Assembly: GCA_016218805.1 (NCBI GenBank)
Contig: JACRCW010000136.1
Coordinates: 1-64,000, forward strand
Source: Deltaproteobacteria bacterium
GTDB taxonomy: Bacteria > Myxococcota > JACRCW01
Direction: 5' to 3'
DNA: 64,000 nt
Shown: piece by piece, positions 37,515-44,844 of the stretch
Layout: the number at the start of each line of letters is the position of its first letter
Position numbering within the stretch: the first letter of the stretch is position 1
Program-made: the position numbers and the translations under genes
Notes under the pieces: generated by a model
Seen by the model: only the letters and a program-made list of their open reading frames with translations
Database searches by the model: none
What the model was told of the DNA's origin: nothing

Positions 37515-37931
37515 TCAGCCCTTCACGTACCGCGTGCCACGGCCCTTGCCGGAGACCTTGATACGGCCGTCAGCGCGGGCGGTCTTCACCATGCCATTGA
37601 GCTGGGTGGTGGAGACCTTCAGCTTCTTGCGGGCTTCCTGCGGGACCAGTTCGCCGGCGTTCCGCACCATGTCCACCAGGCGGTCCACCTGCGCGGGCGT
37701 CCAGGACGGCTTGCGGCCGGGGCGGCCCGGGATGCCCTTGCCCTTGGCCTTGCCTTTGGCCTTGGCGCCAACCTTCCCGCCAATCTTGCCGGTGCGGGCA
37801 ATGATGTCCGCCAATTCCGCGCGGAGGGATGCATCCACGGCGCGTTTCACCTCACCCACCGCGTCCGCAAAGATGTTTTCCACCCGCTTCCAGAGTTCCT
37901 TGCTTCCCGCCCCACGCTTGCGTGCTGCCAT
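37515..37931 (-). CDS. Small basic DNA-binding protein (nucleoid-associated-like)
   Basis: K/R/G-rich linker, GRPGRKP, C-terminal wHTH-like ..GKGRGTRY; GGAG SD. Confidence 0.7.
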   Translation of the reverse strand: MAARKRGAGSKELWKRVENIFADAVGEVKRAVDASLRAELADIIARTGKIGGKVGAKAKGKAKGKGIPGRPGRKPSWTPAQVDRLVDMVRNAGELVPQEARKKLKVSTTQLNGMVKTARADGRIKVSGKGRGTRYVKG

Positions 37932-38100
37932 CTTGAAGACTCCATTTCCGTGGAACCGTCCGTGCCCTCAGGCACGCGCCGCCGACGTGGCGGATAACCG
38001 CGGACCGGGTCGTGGAAACACGACAAACCACCCAACCCGCTCCAATCGGAAACCGGGCATTAGCAAACCACCCCCACGCTGACAACCGATTTCTTGCGGT

Positions 38101-39186
38101 TCATGATTGGCGGGCTTGCAATGCCCGGCGTGCCAGCCACTGCCGCAGCACCTGCCACGCCTCCTGTTTCCCGAACAACCCACCCGGCCGCGCCAGCATG
38201 AGCACGATCAGCAGCGCCGAATAGATGACCATCCGCAGGTCCTGGCTCAGCACGTAGATGACGGGTTCCACCACGGCGCGGACGGCGTCCGGCCAGCTGG
38301 CCACCTCCAGGCGGGCAAACCCGTCCACCAGCACGCCCTGCACGCTGCGCAGGCCTTCCGGCAGCAGCGTCAGCACCACCGCGGCAATCACCGCGCCGGA
38401 AATGGACCCCATTCCGCCCAGCACCACCATCACCACCACTTCCGTGCTCTTGAGATACGTGAAACTCTTGGGATTCAGGTACGCTTGGCTGTGCGCAAAC
38501 AACGCGCCGGCCACCCCCGCCAGCGCGCTGGACGTGACAAAGGCAATGACCTTGTAGCGCGTTGTATGGATTCCCATTGACTCCGCGGCGATTTCGTCTT
38601 CACGGACGGAGAGGAAGGCGCGGCCATGGGTGGATTCATGCAGGCGGCGGGACAGCTCCACGGCCACCACCACCACCGCAAAAACCCACGCAAAACCCAC
38701 CCGCGGGGGAATGTTGGAATAGCCGGCGGCACCGCCCACGGCGGGGGTGTTTTCAATGAGGACCCGGATGATCTCATTGAATCCCAGGGTGACAATGGCC
38801 AGGTAGTCACCCCGCAGGCGCAGGGACGGCAGGCCCACCAGCAGCCCCACCAACCCCGCAAACGCCCCGCCCAGCAGCATGGCCACCAGGAACACCAGGT
38901 TGTCAGACAGCCACGGCGGCAGGCCCGCCACGTCGTACTGGGACAGGGACTTGGTCAGATACGCGCTCAGGTAGGCTCCCAGCGCCATGAACCCCGCGTG
39001 CCCCAGGGAAAACTGCCCGGTGAAACCGTTGACCAGGTTCAGGCTCACCGCCAGGACAATGTTGACGCCTACCAGCAGCGCCACGGTCACCCCGTAGCTT
39101 TCGCCCGGGGAGGGGAGGAACGCCGCCAGCGCCGCCACCAGCGGGACGCCAACCAGGATGCTCCGCCACGCCCGCAATGCGGCCAA
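38101..39186 (-). CDS. livM: Branched-chain amino acid ABC transporter permease
   Basis: GFTGQFSLGHAGF, LRLRGDYLAIVTLGF and REDEIAA motifs. Confidence 0.95.
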   Translation of the reverse strand: MAALRAWRSILVGVPLVAALAAFLPSPGESYGVTVALLVGVNIVLAVSLNLVNGFTGQFSLGHAGFMALGAYLSAYLTKSLSQYDVAGLPPWLSDNLVFLVAMLLGGAFAGLVGLLVGLPSLRLRGDYLAIVTLGFNEIIRVLIENTPAVGGAAGYSNIPPRVGFAWVFAVVVVAVELSRRLHESTHGRAFLSVREDEIAAESMGIHTTRYKVIAFVTSSALAGVAGALFAHSQAYLNPKSFTYLKSTEVVVMVVLGGMGSISGAVIAAVVLTLLPEGLRSVQGVLVDGFARLEVASWPDAVRAVVEPVIYVLSQDLRMVIYSALLIVLMLARPGGLFGKQEAWQVLRQWLARRALQARQS

Positions 39187-39188
39187 CG

Positions 39189-39386
39189 TCAGCCCCCGTC
39201 CCGGCGCCCGGCGTCGGGCGTGCCCCCGTCAGGCGGCGGCGTACCGTCATGGCAGGTGCCGTCACTGCCGCAGTACATGCCGTCCGGGCAGTGCAGGGCG
39301 GTGCGGCAGGCAATTCCCGTATCCCAATTGAGGCACGCGGAAAGGAAGGCCGCCATTCCAGCGGCAAGCAGCAGGGCGCGCTTCAT
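39189..39386 (-). CDS. Small Cys-rich lipoprotein
   Basis: MKRALLLAAGMAAFLSAC lipobox; C..ALHCPDGMYC....C; ATGA overlap with the upstream gene. Confidence 0.7.
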   Translation of the reverse strand: MKRALLLAAGMAAFLSACLNWDTGIACRTALHCPDGMYCGSDGTCHDGTPPPDGGTPDAGRRDGG

Positions 39387-40586
39387 GGTGTGGATCCGGG
39401 AGCCGGGGCCGGTGCGGGCGGCGCGGCCGTTGATGACGGTGAGGCGGGGCGGGACCCGGACGCGGGCGGCGGCGCGGCGGGCGCCCCGCGGACCTTGGGA
39501 TTGGCCGCCACAATGAGCCCGATTCCGCCTACCAGGCCCGCCACGGTGATCACGGAACCCAGCACACCCAGCAAGCCGCCCCCGCCCAGCAGCAGGAACG
39601 TGGCGCGCTCCAGCCATTGCCCCAGCGTGATGAGCGAACTCAGCGGAAACGCCCCGTTGTTCTTGTGCGGCACGCTCTTGATTTCCGCGTTGATGTTCCG
39701 TGCCGTGGCGTAGGAGGCGATGGACAGCGTGATGCCGGCCATGACGCCGCCCAGCGCCAGCACGCCCAGCAGGATGGCTGGCACCATCACGGCCACGCCG
39801 GCGCCAATGAGGGGCTTGGACCATCCGGTCTCTTCCTGCGCCTGCTGCGCGGCCTGCTGGGCGGCGGCGCGGGCGGCCGGGCCCTCCGGGTCCTGCATGG
39901 CGGTCAACATCCGCGGGTTGGGCGGGTTGAGCAGTTGCACGGGGGGCGTGGGCTGGTCCGGGGGAAGGATGGCGGCCACCTCAGGCGGGGTAGGCGGGGC
40001 GGACGCCGGCGGGGGCGCCACGGGCGGCGGCGCCAGGGGCGTGACGGCTACGGGTGGCGGCGGCGCAGGCTCGGCGGCGGGGGGGCGGCTTGGGGGCCGG
40101 GAACAACACCTCCACGGAGGCGGGCAGCTGGTCCAGCAGCTTGTCCAGCTCCTTCTCCGGCGTCTTGCCGCTCCATTGCGCCACCTGCGCCCCGTCAGAC
40201 GCCTCCAGCAGCGCCAGGTTCAGCACCACCGTGCCGCCCACCCTGGAAACGGACCCCCACAACGCCCGGTCCGCGCTCACCGCCTGCGCCATCTGCGCTT
40301 TGCACGTGGCCATGCTGCAGCGCTTGAGCCGCCCGCGCAGCGCGTCCGGCAGCGCCTGCACCACGTCATCCGGCGCCATGAGGCTCACTTCCGAGCCGCG
40401 CGCCTTGCGCACCTCTCCCAACAGCGCGCCGGAAAACGTGGCCCCCAGCTGCAAATCCATGCCTTTGGCCACGTCAAACGGAAGCACCGCCACCTTCTTG
40501 AGGCGCGCGGGCGCCGCCGCCGGCGCCGGGGGATCACCCGCCAGCGCGACGACACATCCCAGTACCAGAACGACCGTTGCTGCCAT
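39383..40586 (-). pseudogene. Exported/membrane protein interrupted by a one-base frameshift in a G7 run
   Basis: ORFs 39981-40586 and 39383-40021 fuse into one ~400-aa product if one G is removed from 40079-40085; KKVAVLPF N-domain, Pro-rich linker, C-terminal TMs. Confidence 0.65.
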
Positions 40587-40597
40587 GAGTCAGGTCC

Positions 40598-41143
40598 TCA
40601 CTGCGGGAAACACGCGCCCGTACCACCGTCCGCCACCGCCGGGAAACACGTGTATCCCCCGGCGCATTCCAGGTTGATCCCACCGTCCGGCCCGGCAAAA
40701 TGCCCGCACGGCTGCCGGCAGGAGGGCCCACCCCCGTCCTCCGCCACCGCGCACACCAGCGGCAGCAGGCACGGCTCCGGCGCGCACGGGTCCCCCACGC
40801 CGCCCCCGGGGATGCACGCCGCCACCCCCGCATCCGTCCCGCCCAGCACGCGGCACACCGTCCCCGCAGCGCAGCCGCCGTCGTCCAGGCAATAGGCGCG
40901 GCATACGGATCCGTCGGTGGAGGAGACGCATGCTTCGCTGAACAGGCAGGTGTCCGCCCCGCAGCGGCGCGGGTTGGTGGACCCGGAGGAACCGCCGGAT
41001 GAGGACGACAACGACGCGCCGCCGCCCGACGACGAGGACGCGCCACCACCGCCGGCGTCTTCGGTCCCGGGCGGGGACGTGGTGCAGCTGAACACAGCAC
41101 AACCCGCAAGGAACACCAGGGCCGGCAGCGCGCGCATGGTCAC
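40598..41143 (-). CDS. Cys-rich lipoprotein
   Basis: LAGC/VFSC lipobox, Ser/Gly linker, many Cys and DGG motifs; GTGA overlap with the livH stop. Confidence 0.7.
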   Translation of the reverse strand: MTMRALPALVFLAGCAVFSCTTSPPGTEDAGGGGASSSSGGGASLSSSSGGSSGSTNPRRCGADTCLFSEACVSSTDGSVCRAYCLDDGGCAAGTVCRVLGGTDAGVAACIPGGGVGDPCAPEPCLLPLVCAVAEDGGGPSCRQPCGHFAGPDGGINLECAGGYTCFPAVADGGTGACFPQ

Positions 41144-42036
41144 ACCTTCTCCGGGACAAAACGCCCGAATAGACCGGATGGCTTGAAAATCAGGATCAGG
41201 ATCAGCACGGAAAACGCAATGGCGTCCCGGTAGCCGCTGCCGCCGTAGCCGCTGACCAGCGCTTCGGCAAAGCCCAGCACCGCGCCGCCCACCACGGCGC
41301 CCGGAATGTTGCCAATTCCCCCCAGCACCGCCGCCACAAACGCCTTGAGCCCGTAGTTCATCCCCAGCAGAGGATGCACCGCCTTGTACGTTTGCGCGAC
41401 GAGGATCCCCGCCGCCGCCGCCAGCGCGCTCCCCAGCCCGAAGGTCAGCGCAATGATCCTATCCACGGGAATTCCCATGAGCGCGGCCACTTCATGGTTG
41501 AACGAAACGGCGCGCATGGCCTTCCCCATCCTGGTGCGGAACACAATGAGCTGCAGGGCCACCATCAGCAGCACGCCAACGCCAATGACCAGCAGCTGGT
41601 TGCTCATCACCGTCACTTCGCCCGCTTCAAACGTTTCCTCCGGGAACACCGGTTGGAAGAACCGCGGCGCGGCGCCAAAGATGAGCTGCGCGGCATTCTC
41701 AATGAGCAGTGAAACGCCAATGGCGGTGATGAGGCAGGTCAGCCGCGGCCGGTCCCGCAGCGGGCGGTAGGCAAAGCGCTCAACCAGGATCCCAAACCCC
41801 GCACACGCGATCATGGCCGTCAGGGTGACCAGGAACGCGCTCACCAGGTTGGGCTCCGTGCCGCCCGTCCACCGGCCCACGTAATACCCGGCAAACGCGC
41901 CCAGCATGAACACGTCACCGTGCGCGAAATTGATGAGCGACAGGATGCCGTACACCATGGTGTAGCCCAGCGCGATGACGGCGTAGACCGCGCCGAGACT
42001 GAGCCCATTCAGGAGGTGTTGCAGCAGTTCCGCCAT
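41140..42036 (-). CDS. livH: Branched-chain amino acid ABC transporter permease
   Basis: ALGYTMVYGIL.LINFAHG and KAFVAAVLGGIG motifs. Confidence 0.95.
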   Translation of the reverse strand: MAELLQHLLNGLSLGAVYAVIALGYTMVYGILSLINFAHGDVFMLGAFAGYYVGRWTGGTEPNLVSAFLVTLTAMIACAGFGILVERFAYRPLRDRPRLTCLITAIGVSLLIENAAQLIFGAAPRFFQPVFPEETFEAGEVTVMSNQLLVIGVGVLLMVALQLIVFRTRMGKAMRAVSFNHEVAALMGIPVDRIIALTFGLGSALAAAAGILVAQTYKAVHPLLGMNYGLKAFVAAVLGGIGNIPGAVVGGAVLGFAEALVSGYGGSGYRDAIAFSVLILILIFKPSGLFGRFVPEKV

Positions 42037-42043
42037 GCGCCCC

Positions 42044-42541
42044 TCAATCCCGCGGTGCCCCGCGCTCAATCCACCCGCGGATGCCGTGCAACGCCCAGTC
42101 CGGCAGGCGCTGGTCCGTGTCCGGCATGAGGTCACCGTGGCAGGAGCGGTCCAGGTCATGCTGCGTGGCGTTGACCTTCTCCCACAGCAGGCTGGCGTCC
42201 AGGTCTCCGGGAACCACGCGTTTCACCCCACCGTCCATCCCGTCCGGGACCCCGCCGTCCCGGCAGCGGAACGGCGAACGCGCCGGTGCGTTCACCAGCG
42301 CCGCCCAGGACGCGTCCGGCCGCAGGTCCAAGCGGGAGCGCACCCTGGGTCCCCCGTGACAGGTGGAGAACGTGCAGGACGGGCTGAACACGTGCTTCTG
42401 CAGCGCGCTCCAGCTGGCGTCCAGCACAAACGGCCCCGCGGCATCCGGCGCCGGCCCGGCGTCACCCCACGGCGGCGCGCCGGTGCAGCCGGCCAGCGGC
42501 ATCACAAACGCAGGGAAAAGTGTGAGCAACGGGAAGTCCAT
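42044..42541 (-). CDS. Lipoprotein with atypical CxxxxCH (cytochrome c-like) motif
   Basis: LAGC lipobox; VFSPSCTFSTCHG; VVPGD..ASLL..K; MP; IRGWIERGA. Confidence 0.6.
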   Translation of the reverse strand: MDFPLLTLFPAFVMPLAGCTGAPPWGDAGPAPDAAGPFVLDASWSALQKHVFSPSCTFSTCHGGPRVRSRLDLRPDASWAALVNAPARSPFRCRDGGVPDGMDGGVKRVVPGDLDASLLWEKVNATQHDLDRSCHGDLMPDTDQRLPDWALHGIRGWIERGAPRD

Positions 42542-42595
42542 GTCGAGGCGCGGTCATTCGCACGGCAGGCAGCGGGCCGCAACCCGGCGGCGTCG

Positions 42596-43486
42596 TCAGT
42601 GCACGGGCGGTGGCCGGGCGGGCAGCGCCTCCGGCGGGGGCGGCGCCACCTCCCACAGGTCAAAACCCACGTCCTCCACCGGGTCCAGGCGCCGGCCCAG
42701 CGCGCGGTACACCGCCGCACTGACCGCGCCCACCAGAAACCGGGTGGCCCCGCCCGCCGCCAGCGTCCACAGCGCCGCCAGCAGCGGGTGCGCCACCGCC
42801 GCCACCACAAACGCCTGCGTCCACGCTGACTGCAAGGGAGACAGCGGCTGGCCCTGCATCCGCGCCAGCCACGCGGGCAGCAGCAGCAGGCCCCCCACCG
42901 CCAGGCCCGCGCTGGCGGCCAGCAGCGGCGCCGCCACCACCACCCCCAAGAGCAGCCCGGCGCCCACCGCGGCCAGCGCCGGCTGCAACACCGGCCCGCG
43001 CCGCCCCGTGAACAGCGAGCCCACCAGGCTCCCCAGCACGCTGCCCACCGGCACCACCACCAGGCACCCCGGCGCCAGGAACGGAAGGGTGGCCAGCGGC
43101 AGCAGCACCGCCAGCGGCCACGCCGCCGGCACCAGCAGGGCCACCAGCACCCCCACGCCACCCGTGCCGCCGGCCACCGCCGCGCCGGGGACCGCCCAGC
43201 ACGCCGTCATCACGGCGCCGCCCACCGCGGCCTGCGCGGCCAGCCCGGGGAGATCCTGCTCCAGGCCCAGCAGGGACTCCTCGGGGGACGGGCCCAGCGT
43301 GATGGGCACCGGTGCGTCAAACTTGTCGTCGCGGTCCGGGGGCGGCTGATCCCGCGCCGGCGCGGGCGGAGCCGTGGGGGCGGCGGGGGCCGGGACGCGC
43401 CGCTCCGGCTTGATGACGGCGCCTTCGTCATCAGGCGGGGCCGCGGGAACCAGGAGCAGCGCGGTGGCAAACAGGGTGGCAAGCAT
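42596..43486 (-). CDS. Hypothetical multi-pass membrane protein
   Basis: Signal peptide plus several hydrophobic segments. Confidence 0.6.
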   Translation of the reverse strand: MLATLFATALLLVPAAPPDDEGAVIKPERRVPAPAAPTAPPAPARDQPPPDRDDKFDAPVPITLGPSPEESLLGLEQDLPGLAAQAAVGGAVMTACWAVPGAAVAGGTGGVGVLVALLVPAAWPLAVLLPLATLPFLAPGCLVVVPVGSVLGSLVGSLFTGRRGPVLQPALAAVGAGLLLGVVVAAPLLAASAGLAVGGLLLLPAWLARMQGQPLSPLQSAWTQAFVVAAVAHPLLAALWTLAAGGATRFLVGAVSAAVYRALGRRLDPVEDVGFDLWEVAPPPPEALPARPPPVH

Positions 43487-43491
43487 GGGTG

Positions 43492-44436
43492 TCAGCGCCC
43501 GGCGGCTTTCTGCGCCTCTTCCACGGCGCGCACGGCATCCACAATGATGGGGTCCTTGGGGGACAGGTCCCGCGCCAGGAACACAAACTCCGCGGCCTGC
43601 TCCAGCTGACCCAGCGCCAGGTGACAGACGCCCAGGTTGCAGACCACCGCGGCATTGGTGGGATCCGCGTCAAACGACGCGCGCGCGTGCGGCAGGGCGG
43701 CGGCGGCGTTGTTGCCGTGGAAGTACAGACCGGCCAGCTCCTTGTGGGCGGGCACGCACGCCGGGTCCACCTCCAGCGCCTTCTGCAGGGACGCCACCGC
43801 CCCGGGCAGATCCTTGCCCGCGCGCTTGAGCACGCCCACCGCCCAGTGCAGCTCCGCCCGCGCCGGCTCGCGCTCCATCACCGCGGCCAGGCGCTGCAGC
43901 GCGTCCGCGCGGGCGTTCTCGTCAGAGTCCGCCGCGTGCTCCGCCACCGCCAGGCCCACCCGCGCGTGCTCCAGCAGCAGCGCCTTGTCCGTGACCTCCA
44001 CCAGCATCTGCTCCACGCGTTCGCGGTGGGGATCCTGGGCGTCCGCCGCCTCCAGGTAGCGCGCAAAAGCGTCCCGCGCCTCCACGTAGTTGCCCAGCGC
44101 GCGCTCCACGTGGCCCAGCGCCCGCAACCCGGGCGTGAGCCGCGGATCCAGCTCCAGCGCCCGCCGCAGGTGATCCGCCATCAGGGCAAACCGCCCGGTG
44201 CTGTCCGCCTCCGTCAGGCCCTCCCGGTCCGCGTTGTAGAGATCCTGCAGCGCCAGCGCGACGTTCAGGTGCGCCAGCGGATAGGTGTCATCCGCGGACA
44301 GCGCTTTCTGGTAGCAGGCCAGCGCGGCCGGCAGGTCACCCGCCCGGGCGGCCACCACGCCCTCGGCCACCAGGTTGGCGGCCCGCCGGGGATCGCGCAT
44401 GCCGAACAGCCGCTTGAGGAATCCGGGTGTTTCCAT
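43492..44436 (-). CDS. Tetratricopeptide repeat protein
   Basis: Repeated TPR-like units (AHLNVALAL, ALELDP, NLGVCHLALG). Confidence 0.85.
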   Translation of the reverse strand: METPGFLKRLFGMRDPRRAANLVAEGVVAARAGDLPAALACYQKALSADDTYPLAHLNVALALQDLYNADREGLTEADSTGRFALMADHLRRALELDPRLTPGLRALGHVERALGNYVEARDAFARYLEAADAQDPHRERVEQMLVEVTDKALLLEHARVGLAVAEHAADSDENARADALQRLAAVMEREPARAELHWAVGVLKRAGKDLPGAVASLQKALEVDPACVPAHKELAGLYFHGNNAAAALPHARASFDADPTNAAVVCNLGVCHLALGQLEQAAEFVFLARDLSPKDPIIVDAVRAVEEAQKAAGR

Positions 44437-44844
44437 TCGGGTCCGTGGGGCGGGGTGGTCCCGCGCGGTGACGCACACGTTGCCCCAAGTGGGACCCGCG
44501 TGCTAGTGCGCCGGCACCCTGTGGAAGAAGAACCATCCACGGGCTCGGGCGGCGCGCGCCCACCCCTCGGGGAAGGGCGCGTTGTTTGGTTTGCTGTCCG
44601 GGGCCGCCAGGCGCGGCGGGAAACGGGTGCCGTGTGCCCCGGAGGGGGCGCGTACCCACGTCGTGACGGCCGCGAGGCAGCAATTCCGCTGTCCGGCCGT
44701 CCCTCCCCGTCGTCTTCCTGGCTGGATTCCCGGGCATTCCACCTCGGGATGCTGCGGCGCCTTGGAGTGCGCCCCTTCCCGGCCCCTGCGGGTGCGCCGC
44801 TGCCTGGCGCCCGCACGGGGCAACTTACGATTGGTTGGACCATC

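Noticed and set aside
43489..44844. N-terminal extension of the 1371-aa ORF
   Set aside because: It is antisense to the TPR gene. RNase E homology begins at MKRMLINA (44845).
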